Origin: Candidatus Xenobia bacterium
GTDB taxonomy: Bacteria > Vulcanimicrobiota > Xenobia > Xenobiales > QWHO01
NCBI GenBank assembly: GCA_045863235.1
Contig: BTUM01000036.1
Coordinates: 1-64,000, forward strand
Length of the DNA: 64,000 nucleotides
Direction: 5' to 3'
Numbering within the stretch: the stretch's first letter is position 1; each line of letters begins with the position of its first letter. The notes beneath the pieces are model-generated. The model ran no database searches and had not been told where the DNA came from. It saw only the letters and a list, made by a program, of their open reading frames with translations. The position numbers were made by a program, and so were the translations under genes. Of the stretch, positions 9,565-19,356 are shown in pieces.

Positions 9565-10244
9565 TCGACAGTCACTGCCACCTGCACGATTGCCCCGACC
9601 CGCAGGCCACCCTGGAACGCGCCCGCCAGGCCGGAGTCAGCGGCCTGCTGGTGGTGGGCACCCATCCCGAGAGCTGGCAGCGGCAGCGCTCGCTCACGGG
9701 GGTGGCCCTCGCCTTTGGCCTGCACCCCTGGTGGGTGGGCCCCGACTGGCGAAGCGATCTGGCCCGGCTGGACCTGACGGGCGCCCTGGCGGTGGGCGAG
9801 ATCGGGTTGGACCGGCTCAAGCCCCACTTCGAGCTCCAACTCGAGGCCTTCCAGGCCCAGCTCGAGCTGGCGCGAGCTCACCAGCTTCCGGTGGTGCTGC
9901 ACGTTGTCAAGGCCCACGAGGCGGCCCTCCCCCACCTCCACGAAGTTGGCGGCGTCATGCACTCCTATTCGGGCTCGCGCGAGCAGCTCAGACCCTTTCT
10001 CGAGCGCGGACTGTATGTCTCGTTCTCGCCCGGCGTCCTGCGCGGGGGCAAGAAAGTCGAGGGGGCGGTTAAGACGGTGCCGCTGGAGCGCCTGCTGGTG
10101 GAGACCGACTCACCCTACCAGACCGGCGAGCCCGCCGACCTGCCGCGGGTGGTGGCCGAGGTCGCTCGCCTGCGCGGGCTCGATCCCGTCCAGGTGGCCG
10201 AAGCGACCGAGGAGAATGCCCGCCGACTCTTTGGGATCTCCTGA
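9561..10244 (+). CDS. TatD-family hydrolase
   Basis: GTG start overlaps the fdhD stop; IDSHCH, GLHPW, VGEIGLD, ETDSP. Confidence 0.9.
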   Translation: MIDSHCHLHDCPDPQATLERARQAGVSGLLVVGTHPESWQRQRSLTGVALAFGLHPWWVGPDWRSDLARLDLTGALAVGEIGLDRLKPHFELQLEAFQAQLELARAHQLPVVLHVVKAHEAALPHLHEVGGVMHSYSGSREQLRPFLERGLYVSFSPGVLRGGKKVEGAVKTVPLERLLVETDSPYQTGEPADLPRVVAEVARLRGLDPVQVAEATEENARRLFGIS

Positions 10245-10267
10245 AATCTTTGCTACCATGAAAGCCT

Positions 10268-12394
10268 ATGAGAAGACAGCAAGGCATCGTTCTGATCATC
10301 ATCATCATCCTGGCCGTCGTGACTGTCATGTTTGTCGGGTCGGCAGCTCGACTCACCTATGGCAACCTGTACGCCGGCCAGTCCGGGACAATTCACGACG
10401 ACGCCGAGCGAGCCGCCGAGTCGGGTGTGCAGTATGCTCTTTCTCAGTTGCGAGCCAATCCCGCCTGGCGCGGCGACCGCAATGAGGTGACCGTCAATGC
10501 GCCTGACCTGTTCGTGGTCGAGGACAACGGCAACGTGGTGGGCCTGGTCCGCACCCCTGATCAAAAGTGGTCTCAGTTTCGTCTGCGCTTCAACTATCAA
10601 GATGGTGGTCCGGCCGAGGACGGCCTGAGCGACCCGGCAATGACTCTCGACACTCCCTACGTCTCGGTGAACAATCTTGAAGGCGGCGCTGCTGCTGCCG
10701 TGCCACGGGCCGATGGGGCCGGGTGGTCTGTGACCCCGGGCAGCGAGCGACCCTTCGCGACGCCGGCTGGCACCGTGTGCCTGGCCGTGGAGGGCCGGGC
10801 CGGGTCGGGCTTGCTGGCGGCCAGTCCGGCCAACCCGAATCCGGCTGGCGTGGTGGCGACGCGCAAGGTCGTGGAGGCCATCTTTGCCCTCCAGGGAGCT
10901 CTGGGCGAGGAAGTCGAGGAGTCCGCGATGATGGCCGCTCAGGGGGTTTCTGTGGCGATCCCGCCCGATGGAGGGTCGTTGAGCCTCTCCTCGGCCGGCT
11001 CGGACAAGGCGCGCCTGCGCAGCAAAGGGCAGGTCAGCGTGCTCGGAGGCGATGCGACCAGGGAGAACTTGACCGGAGCGAATGCCGAGGTAGCCACACC
11101 CACCAGCACTGTGGACGCCCGCTACCAGGCCGCCGACATCGGAATGGCCGAGGAGAAGCCCGACGATCCCTTCTTCCGCTTGCTGTGGGACGATGTGCGC
11201 AAGGCCCAGGCCAGCGATCCCACTCTCAAAGCCGGAACCTACGTCTGGTGGGAGGACGGCTCTCTGCACTATTACGACATGAGCCACGACGACTACGTGG
11301 CCTTCATTGAGAAAAATCCCAAGGATCCGGGCCTGCCGGCCGACCTGGGCTCGGCCGTGACGTCCGAGCAATCCGATGGCAAGCTGAAGCTGGTGGTGGG
11401 CTCGAGCGTCAACGTCACCCCGGGCACGACCGACGAGTTGAACATCCTGGTCCGCTCCGGCGCCGCCGAAGAGCCACCCGCCACCAAGACCGGGGGAGAC
11501 GAGGCAAACGCGCTCATCAGCCTGGCAGGGGCCGAGCCGAAAGTGCTGCTGAAGGTCTTGCAGGTGACTCAGGACCTTCCTCCGCCGGATCAGAACGTCA
11601 AGCAGGGCGTCGCCGAGCTTTACGACGACAAGGGGGTGTCTCACGGCTACCTCAAATGGGACCTCGACACGCAGACGGTCGAATCCGGCGGTGATCTTCA
11701 ACGGCTGCTGTGGACCCTGGCGGCAGACAGCGCGGTCCCTGGCGACAATCTGAACGGCGTCTTCAACATGTTTAACGCCTACATCGTAGCCAGCGATCTG
11801 GGCATCACTGCCAGCGAAGCACCGGGCGAGCTGGACCTTCCCGGCGTGACCGACAAGCTGACGGCCTCCGATGTCGAGCTCGAGTTCAGGGGCAACAATG
11901 GCAAGGAGGTCGTGCTGACGAGCACCGGCTCGCTCCACATCACGGGTGGGCTTCGCGGGACAGACGCCTCCATCGTCTCCGGAGGAGACATCAAGGTGGT
12001 CGGGATGGCGGTGGACTTCGCCGCCAGCCAGAATCAGGCGGTGAGCCTCTATGCCAAAGGGGACATCGTGATGTCGACGCTGGACAAGCTGCCCGATGGG
12101 AACTACCAGTTCCAGGACGTCAAAATGAAGGGAGTCGTCTACTCCTGGGGCGATTTCGTCGCCAAACTGGGAACCAAGGATGGCCCGGCTGGCAACCTGG
12201 CCCTCGAGGGCTCGCTCATCGCCTATGGCGGCGATCCCACCGACGCCCCTGGTGCCAACGGCAAGGGCAACGTCCTGATTATGGCCAACAACGCCGAGCT
12301 CAAGTTTAACTCGGCCTACGTGGCCAAGATGATCAGGAAGCTGCCTGATACGTTCAGTTTGCAGAAGCTCTCCTGGACCAACCACCTCCCCTGA
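10268..12394 (+). CDS. Large PilX-like minor pilin / pilus tip protein
   Basis: Class III-like signal RRQQG|IVLII without E5; AERAAESGVQYA; beta-rich C-terminus. Confidence 0.7.
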   Translation: MRRQQGIVLIIIIILAVVTVMFVGSAARLTYGNLYAGQSGTIHDDAERAAESGVQYALSQLRANPAWRGDRNEVTVNAPDLFVVEDNGNVVGLVRTPDQKWSQFRLRFNYQDGGPAEDGLSDPAMTLDTPYVSVNNLEGGAAAAVPRADGAGWSVTPGSERPFATPAGTVCLAVEGRAGSGLLAASPANPNPAGVVATRKVVEAIFALQGALGEEVEESAMMAAQGVSVAIPPDGGSLSLSSAGSDKARLRSKGQVSVLGGDATRENLTGANAEVATPTSTVDARYQAADIGMAEEKPDDPFFRLLWDDVRKAQASDPTLKAGTYVWWEDGSLHYYDMSHDDYVAFIEKNPKDPGLPADLGSAVTSEQSDGKLKLVVGSSVNVTPGTTDELNILVRSGAAEEPPATKTGGDEANALISLAGAEPKVLLKVLQVTQDLPPPDQNVKQGVAELYDDKGVSHGYLKWDLDTQTVESGGDLQRLLWTLAADSAVPGDNLNGVFNMFNAYIVASDLGITASEAPGELDLPGVTDKLTASDVELEFRGNNGKEVVLTSTGSLHITGGLRGTDASIVSGGDIKVVGMAVDFAASQNQAVSLYAKGDIVMSTLDKLPDGNYQFQDVKMKGVVYSWGDFVAKLGTKDGPAGNLALEGSLIAYGGDPTDAPGANGKGNVLIMANNAELKFNSAYVAKMIRKLPDTFSLQKLSWTNHLP

Positions 12395-12401
12395 CAGCGC
12401 C

Positions 12402-12887
12402 ATGAACCGTCGGGCCTTCACCTTCACCGAGTTAATCCTGGCCGTGGGTCTGCTGGCCGTCCTGCTCTTGACGCTGGTAGCTCTGACTCTCTCCACGCTG
12501 CGATCCAACCAGAAGGCGACCCTGCTCGGTCCGGCCAGTCGGGCGGCCAGGACGCTCCTCAATGAATCGCTCTATCAAGTGGAGTTCGACCGCCCGGCTG
12601 GCACGCGCGACTCATTCTGGAACACGAACGGGCTGTGGAAGGACAGCACGCTGGAGGGGCCATTCTCGAGCGGCGGCGTCGATTACCAGTACGCGATCTA
12701 TGCCAACACCGTGTTCGATTCGAGCGGCGCGACACTGGGAAGGGACCCGGGGAATCGCGTGAAAAAGGTCGACCTGGTCTTGTGGTGGTACAACACCCGG
12801 CCCCAACAGGGCTATCGAGAAGGAATGGGACGCCTGGAGCTCCAGGCGAGCCGACTGGTCAATGAAATCCCGCCTCCCACGCCGTAA
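12402..12887 (+). CDS. Prepilin-type minor pilin (PilV-like)
   Basis: RRA|FTFTEL followed by a hydrophobic helix. Confidence 0.8.
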   Translation: MNRRAFTFTELILAVGLLAVLLLTLVALTLSTLRSNQKATLLGPASRAARTLLNESLYQVEFDRPAGTRDSFWNTNGLWKDSTLEGPFSSGGVDYQYAIYANTVFDSSGATLGRDPGNRVKKVDLVLWWYNTRPQQGYREGMGRLELQASRLVNEIPPPTP

Positions 12888-13680
12888 CGCGACCCGTGGC
12901 ACGACCCTGCTCGAGCTCCTGCTCGGGATGGGCCTCTTTACGCTGATTATGGTCGTGCTGGTGGGTCTGTTCAATCAGAGCCTGGTCATCTGGCGCACGA
13001 CCTCGGGGGCCGATACCTCGATGCGCGAGCTGCGCCGGGTGGTTGCCGCCCTGGACCGAGACCTCGCGCTGGCCAGCCCCACCATGCTGTCTCGCACCCC
13101 GGTCGTCGACCACCTGGGTGGGGGCGGCCAGGATGGGGAGGCCCTCTGGTTCTTGTCGCCGCTCGACCCGGCCACAGGCCAGATTGCGCGCAAGCTGGAC
13201 GGCTCGCCTCTGTGGATGCGAAACGTGCTCTACTACCTGGTCGTGCCTGCCAACCACGACACCGTCTTCCAGATGAGCTGTCCCGGCGGAGCCGGTCCCA
13301 ACGGCTATGATGATCGATGCCCTCACAAGATCCTGATCCGCAAGGTGATCGACTCGGGCCCTCCCACCCTGGCTGGCGACGAGGCGAGCCAAGAAGAACT
13401 ACTGGCCGATGTCTCCGCCTACCTCACCCAACCCGATGGATTCGACCTGAGCGCCATGGCCGAGCCTGGACTCGAGGACAAGCGGGTCATCGCCAACAAC
13501 CTGCTGATGTTCCAGACCATCACCTCGCCGCCGCCCGCGGGCGCCCCCCGAGAGGTGGCCGTGGACGTGCGGGCGATGTCCGTGGAGGAAGCGCGCCGCG
13601 AGATCCGCGTGGGGCAGGAAGCGGGCGCAAGCTCGAGATTCACGTTGCAGCTACCCTTCTCAGTCCTCCTTCAAAACTGA
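12862..13680 (+). CDS. Prepilin-type minor pilin (PilW-like)
   Basis: TRG|TTLLELL followed by a hydrophobic helix. Confidence 0.8.
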   Translation: MKSRLPRRNATRGTTLLELLLGMGLFTLIMVVLVGLFNQSLVIWRTTSGADTSMRELRRVVAALDRDLALASPTMLSRTPVVDHLGGGGQDGEALWFLSPLDPATGQIARKLDGSPLWMRNVLYYLVVPANHDTVFQMSCPGGAGPNGYDDRCPHKILIRKVIDSGPPTLAGDEASQEELLADVSAYLTQPDGFDLSAMAEPGLEDKRVIANNLLMFQTITSPPPAGAPREVAVDVRAMSVEEARREIRVGQEAGASSRFTLQLPFSVLLQN

Positions 13681-14228
13681 GCCCAGCTCAACTCGGCAGG
13701 GGTGAGGTCGCGCCACTGGCCGGGCGCAAGATCGCCGAGCTCCACCTCCCCCACCCGCACCCGGATCAGCCGCAGGGTCGGGTGACCCACCGCCGCCGTC
13801 ATGCGGCGCACCTGGCGGTTGCGCCCTTCGGTCAAAGAGAGCTCGATCCAGGCCGTAGGGACGTTCTTACGATAGCGGATCGGCACCGAGCGCTCGGGCG
13901 GCTCGAAGCCCTCGAGCAGGCGTGCCTTTGCGGGCAGGGTCAGCCGCCCGTCCAGCTCGACCCCGGTCTCGAGCCGCCTCAACTCGGCCGGGCCGGGGAT
14001 GCGCTCCACCTGAGCGCGGTAGGTCTTCCAGTGGCTCCCCGGGCGGAGCAGCCGATTCTGAAAGCGAGCGTCGTCGCTGAGCAAGAGCAGGCCCTCGCTG
14101 TCAAGATCGAGCCGACCCAACGGGTAGACCCGGGGCACATCCACGAACTGCTTCAGGGTGGGGCGTCCGTGGGGGTCGGTGAAGCGGCACATCACCCCGT
14201 AAGGCTTGTGAAAGGCCAGATAGCGCAT
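13671..14228 (-). CDS. rRNA pseudouridine synthase (RsuA/RluE family)
   Basis: GRLDLDSEGLL, EGRNRQVRRM. Confidence 0.92.
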   Translation of the reverse strand: MRYLAFHKPYGVMCRFTDPHGRPTLKQFVDVPRVYPLGRLDLDSEGLLLLSDDARFQNRLLRPGSHWKTYRAQVERIPGPAELRRLETGVELDGRLTLPAKARLLEGFEPPERSVPIRYRKNVPTAWIELSLTEGRNRQVRRMTAAVGHPTLRLIRVRVGEVELGDLAPGQWRDLTPAELSWAQF

Positions 14229-14231
14229 CGT

Positions 14232-14834
14232 TTAGCGCTGACGCAGCAAGTGCTCGGCGGCGGCCAGGTCTTCGGGCCGGTTCACGTTGCACAGCATGCC
14301 CTCGAGCTCGTCGGAGTGAGCTTCTACAAGCCGAGCCTGAAGCAGGTGCGCGAATTTGCGCGCTTTGCGCTCACCCGCTTCCAGAAACTGTCGCAACTCC
14401 GGTCCCAGGTCGCTGCGGTAGAGCCCCGGAAAGGGCTCTGGCTGGGGCCCGAGCAGCATCGTGTCCTGACCGGCCGCCAGGTCGGGATAGCTGAAGGGAA
14501 CGTGCACCAGCACGGCCCGATCGTCCACCTGGCGGACGTTCACCAGGCGTTCGAGCAAACTCGGGCGCACGGCCGGCATGTCCACGGTGGCCACCAGCAC
14601 CCAGGCGGTATCGGCCCGATTCAGGGCCGTCAGCAAGCCCCCCAGAGGGCCCAGCCCCGGCTGCTCGTCGCTCAGCCCATACTCGCCTCCTACCACGATC
14701 AGCTTGTCGCAATGAGGTCGTAGCAGATCGCGTGCGTGCTCGAGCAAAGACTTGCCCAGCACCAGGCGCTCGGGCTTGTCTCCTCCCATGCGACTGCCGG
14801 CACCGCCTGCCAGCACCACCCCGGTAATGGCCAG
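14232..14834 (-). CDS. mobA: Molybdenum cofactor guanylyltransferase (start CTG 14834 or GTG 14819)
   Basis: VLAGGAGSRMGGDK, GPLGGL, VDMP, NVNRPED. Confidence 0.88.
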   Translation of the reverse strand: MAITGVVLAGGAGSRMGGDKPERLVLGKSLLEHARDLLRPHCDKLIVVGGEYGLSDEQPGLGPLGGLLTALNRADTAWVLVATVDMPAVRPSLLERLVNVRQVDDRAVLVHVPFSYPDLAAGQDTMLLGPQPEPFPGLYRSDLGPELRQFLEAGERKARKFAHLLQARLVEAHSDELEGMLCNVNRPEDLAAAEHLLRQR

Positions 14835-14838
14835 AAGT

Positions 14839-17157
14839 CTACATCTCCGGCCCGGCCGGACCGGGCTCGGGCGGTGGGGCCTCGATCGGCACCGGGGCCG
14901 GCTCGGGCGGGGCTTCCATAGGAATCTCGATCGGTATCGGCTCGGGGGCGGGTATGGCCTCGCCACCGGGCACTCCCGGGTCGGCCACCGGCTCGGGCAG
15001 CGGCAATGGCCCCTCGCCCAGAGGCACTTCCACCGGTGTGGGGATCTCGCCCGGTCCTTCCTCGACCGGAGCGGTGGGAGAGGCCGGACCGGTCGGCCGG
15101 GCCGGACCGGTGGGAGCCGGCCGGGCGATGCCGGTGCTCGGCAGCGGCCGGGCGCCATGCGAATCGCAGTAGGTGCCGGGCAGCTGCCCGGGCTTGTAGT
15201 ATTCGCGATACACCTTGGGACAGTTCGGACCAGCCCGCTTGTGCGAGGTCGTGCACATCAAACAGGGCAGGGTGGGACCTTTGCGCACCTTCCACCTGAG
15301 GTTGGGCTTGCCCTCGAGGGCAGCCATCATGACCTGCTTCCAGAGCGGGGCGCACACGTCGCCCCCAAAGACGCCGTACATCTGGGTAAAGTCGTCGTTG
15401 CCCACCCAGACGGCCGCAGTGTACTGAGGGGTGAATCCGCAGAACCAGATGTCGCGGTGGCTGGAGGTGGTGCCCGTCTTGCCGGCGCAACGACGGCCGT
15501 CGATGTAGGAAGCGTAGCCGGTGCCGTTCTTGGCGGCATTCTCGAGCATGTCGGTCATATAGTATGCGGTCGACTCGGCCAGCACTTCCTCGTAATGGGG
15601 GAAGCGATTGTCCTCGACGATGTTGCCCTCGCTGTCCTTGATGACGCTGATGGGCGAGGGATCGATGCGGATGCCGCCATTGGCCACCACCGAATAAGCC
15701 GTGGCCATCTCCAGCGGGGAGATGTCGCAGGCGCCCAGAGGCAGCGACACGACCGGCTCGAGCTTCTCACGCACGCCCATCCGGTAGGCGTAATCGATGA
15801 CCCGGTCGATGCCCACGATCATGGCCATGCGCACGGCGACCACGTTGCGAGAGTGCTGCAGAGCCACCTTGAGGGGCACCGCGCCCAGGAAGCGGCCATC
15901 CGAGTTCTGAGGCGAGTAGGCCGGCTCGCCCGGGCCCATGTTGTAGCTGATGGGCGAGTCGGGCACCACCGAGTCGGGGGTCATGCCCGACTCGAGGGCG
16001 GTCACATAGACGAACAGCTTGAAGGAGGAGCCGGGCTGGCGCCGGGCCTGCCAGGCGCGGTTGAACTGGCTCTTGTCGCTCCAGCCCACCCCGCCCACCA
16101 TGGCGCGGATGTAGCCGGTGCCGTTCTCGAGCACCACGATGGCGCCCTGGTGGAAGTTGAAGATGTTGCCCTCGGCCTTGATGCGCTGCTTGAGCAGCTC
16201 CTCGCACTTCTTCTGCAGCTTCAGGTCGACCGTGGTGTAGACGCGCAGGCCGCCCCGGTAGAGCAAGTCTTCGTCGTAGCGGCGATACAGCTCTTTGATG
16301 ACGAAACTGGTGAAGTAGGGATACTTCAGCAGTTGGAACTCCTTGCGGTCCTGGTTGGCGATCTTCATCTTGGGAAGAGCATCCAGGGCCGCCTGATACT
16401 CGGCCTGGGTGATGTAACCCTCGCTCTTCATGCTTTGCAGCACGAGCTTCTGGCGCTCTTGCGAGGCCTGTTTGTTGACCAGGGGAGAGTACTCGGTGGG
16501 CGCCTGCGGGAGGCCCGCCAGAAGCGAAGCCTCCACGATGTTCAGGTCCTTGGCCTTCTTGTTGAAGTAAGTGCTGGAAGCCGCCTGGACGCCGTGAGCC
16601 CCGGCCCCGAAGTAGATCTGGTTGAGGTAGAGCTCGAGGATCTCTTGCTTGGTAAAGCGCTTCTCGATCTGCATGGCCAGGATGGCCTCTTTGATCTTGC
16701 GGTCGATGGTGCGCTTGGGGGTCAAGAACAGGTTGCGGGCAAGCTGCATGGTGATGGTGGAGGCGCCCTGCTTGTCGCCCCCCTTGTAGCTCGCGTAGGC
16801 GGCGCGTGCCACGCCGATGGGGTCCACCCCGTGGTGATCGTAGAAGCGGCGGTCCTCGATGGCCAGCACGGCCTTGACCATGTTGGGGGAGATCTTCTCG
16901 AGCGGGGTCCAGGTGCGGTTCTCGCGGAACAAGGTGGCGATCAGGGTGCCATCGGCCGCGTAGATGCGGGTGGTCTCGGAGGGCTCGTAGTAGCGCAGCT
17001 TGCCCACGTCCGGGAGGCCCCGGGAGTAGTGGTTCAGCACCGCCAGCAGGGCGGCCAGGGTGACCAGGAGCAAGCTCAGCAGGCCGAGCACCCCGAAGAT
17101 CAGGATCTTCAGGCAGCCTTTCTTGACACTGCCGCTCTTTTGTCCTTTGCCGCTCAT
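14839..17157 (-). CDS. Class A penicillin-binding protein (PBP1A family) with Pro-rich tail
   Basis: EDRRFYDHHG, GASTITMQL, RQPGSSFK, SRN, KTGT. Confidence 0.93.
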   Translation of the reverse strand: MSGKGQKSGSVKKGCLKILIFGVLGLLSLLLVTLAALLAVLNHYSRGLPDVGKLRYYEPSETTRIYAADGTLIATLFRENRTWTPLEKISPNMVKAVLAIEDRRFYDHHGVDPIGVARAAYASYKGGDKQGASTITMQLARNLFLTPKRTIDRKIKEAILAMQIEKRFTKQEILELYLNQIYFGAGAHGVQAASSTYFNKKAKDLNIVEASLLAGLPQAPTEYSPLVNKQASQERQKLVLQSMKSEGYITQAEYQAALDALPKMKIANQDRKEFQLLKYPYFTSFVIKELYRRYDEDLLYRGGLRVYTTVDLKLQKKCEELLKQRIKAEGNIFNFHQGAIVVLENGTGYIRAMVGGVGWSDKSQFNRAWQARRQPGSSFKLFVYVTALESGMTPDSVVPDSPISYNMGPGEPAYSPQNSDGRFLGAVPLKVALQHSRNVVAVRMAMIVGIDRVIDYAYRMGVREKLEPVVSLPLGACDISPLEMATAYSVVANGGIRIDPSPISVIKDSEGNIVEDNRFPHYEEVLAESTAYYMTDMLENAAKNGTGYASYIDGRRCAGKTGTTSSHRDIWFCGFTPQYTAAVWVGNDDFTQMYGVFGGDVCAPLWKQVMMAALEGKPNLRWKVRKGPTLPCLMCTTSHKRAGPNCPKVYREYYKPGQLPGTYCDSHGARPLPSTGIARPAPTGPARPTGPASPTAPVEEGPGEIPTPVEVPLGEGPLPLPEPVADPGVPGGEAIPAPEPIPIEIPMEAPPEPAPVPIEAPPPEPGPAGPEM

Positions 17158-17564
17158 GAGGAGGTCACCTCGCTGGACTTTACCGAGTCGAGCAAACCGT
17201 TGACGAAGGCGCCCGACTTCTCGTCGCCATAGACCTTGGCCAGCTCCACTGCCTCGTTGATCACCACCGCCGGTGGGGTCTCAGGACAGTGCAGCAGCTC
17301 ATAGATGCCCAGGCGCAGCAGGCAGCGATCGACGCGGCTCAACCGATCCAGTTTCCAGTTTACTGCTTTCTGCTCGATCAGTCGATCGATCTGCGACTGG
17401 TATTCCAGGACTCCCCGACACATTGCCTGAACAAAATTCAACACCGCGGGGTCGTTCGCCTCCTCGGCCACCCGAACCATGGCATCTTCCACGCTGGCGC
17501 CCCCCACGTCCATCATGAACAGGGCATTCAGCGTTTCGACGCGAGCCTGACGGCGCTTTTTCAC
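17154..17564 (-). CDS. nusB: Transcription antitermination factor NusB
   Basis: RRQAR, VINEAVELAK, FVNGLLD. Confidence 0.93.
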   Translation of the reverse strand: MKKRRQARVETLNALFMMDVGGASVEDAMVRVAEEANDPAVLNFVQAMCRGVLEYQSQIDRLIEQKAVNWKLDRLSRVDRCLLRLGIYELLHCPETPPAVVINEAVELAKVYGDEKSGAFVNGLLDSVKSSEVTSS

Positions 17565-18923
17565 TCAGGCCTCGGCCATGACCTGGGACAGCTGGGATTC
17601 CACGAAAGTGGTGTGTACCTCTCCGCGTCGGAAGGACTCGTTCTGCAGGAAACGACGGTGGAAGTCCAGCGTGGTGCGCACTCCCTCCACGCGCATCTCA
17701 GCCAGGGCGCGCTGCATACGAGCCAGGGCCTCGTTGCGGTCGGCGCCGTGGGTGATCACTTTGGCCAGCAGGGAGTCGTAATAGGGCAGCACGCTCGAGC
17801 CGCCGTAGAGGTGGCTGTCCACTCGCACTCCCGGCCCTCCCGGAAGGTGCAGGTGGCGGATCAGCCCCAGGCTGGGCATGAAACCCGAGGCCGGATCTTC
17901 TGCGTTGATGCGGCACTCGATCGAGTGGCCGGTCAGGCGCACCTGGTCTTGAGTGAAGGGCAACTCGTGTCCGGCGGCCACCAGAATCTGCTGCTTGACC
18001 AGGTCGATGCCGGTCACCATCTCGGTCACCGGATGCTCGACCTGGATGCGCGTGTTCATCTCCAGGAAGTAGAAATCGCCGTTGCGCGCATCAAACAAGA
18101 ACTCCACCGTGCCCGCCCCGGCATAGTTGCTGGCCTGGGCCGCCCGCACCGCGGCCGCGCCCATCTTCTCACGCTGCTCGGGGGTGAGAGCCAGGGAGGG
18201 AGACTCCTCGATCAGCTTCTGGTTGCGACGCTGGACCGAGCAATCGCGCTCACCCAGGTGGACCAGGTGGCCATGCTCGTCGCCAAGCACCTGGAACTCG
18301 ATATGGCGTGCGTTAGGGAGGAACTTCTCGAGGTAGATGCGCCCGTCCCCGAAGGCGGCTTCGGCCTCGCTGCGGGCCGTATCGAAGAATTTTTGCATCT
18401 GGCCCGGCTCGGTGACCACGCGCATCCCCTTGCCGCCGCCCCCGGCAGCCGCTTTGAGCATCATGGGATAGCCGTGCTCCTCGGCAAAGGCCAGGGCATC
18501 TTTGACGTCCTGCACCTCGTTGGTGCCCGGCAGCACCGGCACCCCGGCCGAGATGACACTCTGGCGGGCCTGAGCCTTGTCGCCCATCAAGCGCATGGCC
18601 TGCACGCTGGGACCGATGAAGGTGAGATGATGGCTCTGGCAGATCTCCACGAAGCTCGGGTTCTCGGCCAGGAAGCCGTAGCCGGGATGAATGGCCTCGG
18701 CCCCGGCGATGGTGGCCGCGGCAATGATGTTGGGAATGTTGAGATACGAGCCGGTCGCCTGAGCCGGGCCTACGCAGAAGGCTTCGTCGGCCAGGGTGAC
18801 GTGCAGGCTCTCCTTGTCCACGTCCGAATGGATGGCCACCGTCTTGATGTCCAGCTCGCGGCAGGCGCGCAGCACCCGCAGAGCGATTTCCCCCCGATTG
18901 GCGATCAGGATCTTCTTAAACAT
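17565..18923 (-). CDS. accC: Acetyl-CoA carboxylase biotin carboxylase
   Basis: ANRGEIA, HPGYGFLAEN, GGGGKGM, EMNTRIQVEH. Confidence 0.96.
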   Translation of the reverse strand: MFKKILIANRGEIALRVLRACRELDIKTVAIHSDVDKESLHVTLADEAFCVGPAQATGSYLNIPNIIAAATIAGAEAIHPGYGFLAENPSFVEICQSHHLTFIGPSVQAMRLMGDKAQARQSVISAGVPVLPGTNEVQDVKDALAFAEEHGYPMMLKAAAGGGGKGMRVVTEPGQMQKFFDTARSEAEAAFGDGRIYLEKFLPNARHIEFQVLGDEHGHLVHLGERDCSVQRRNQKLIEESPSLALTPEQREKMGAAAVRAAQASNYAGAGTVEFLFDARNGDFYFLEMNTRIQVEHPVTEMVTGIDLVKQQILVAAGHELPFTQDQVRLTGHSIECRINAEDPASGFMPSLGLIRHLHLPGGPGVRVDSHLYGGSSVLPYYDSLLAKVITHGADRNEALARMQRALAEMRVEGVRTTLDFHRRFLQNESFRRGEVHTTFVESQLSQVMAEA

Positions 18924-19356
18924 CAGCGCGCACCACCATCAAGGCCTGCCCATACTGCACCGGCTCGCCCTCGGCGACCAGCAGCTCGGCCAGCTCGCCC
19001 TCTTCGGGCGAGCGTACCTCGTGCCTCAAGCTAACAGACTCGATCAGGCCCACAACTTGCTCCTTCTTGACGCGCTGGCCGGGACGGGCGGTCTCCACGA
19101 CGCGGAAGATGCCCACCACCAGCGATGTAACCGGCACGCCGGTGGCCAGCGCGACCTCCTCCTCGGAGGGCTCTTCCTCCTCGAGCTCGGCCTCGGTCGA
19201 AACCGGCAGCCCCCAACCGGTGGCCGCTCGGCGCACCCGCAGGGAGCGCTTGCCCACCTCCACGGTCAGCTCGCGCAGACCTTCCTCCTCGGCCAGCCGG
19301 GCCATCTCGCGGGCCACCTGCTCGAGGTCCTTCTCAACGCGCTCCAAGGTCTTCAC
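18916..19356 (-). CDS. AccB/BCCP-like protein lacking the biotinyl-lysine motif
   Basis: Directly upstream of accC; GQRVKKEQVVGLIES..EV..GEPVQYGQAL fold signature, but ESVSL replaces EAMKL. Confidence 0.8.
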   Translation of the reverse strand: MKTLERVEKDLEQVAREMARLAEEEGLRELTVEVGKRSLRVRRAATGWGLPVSTEAELEEEEPSEEEVALATGVPVTSLVVGIFRVVETARPGQRVKKEQVVGLIESVSLRHEVRSPEEGELAELLVAEGEPVQYGQALMVVRADV

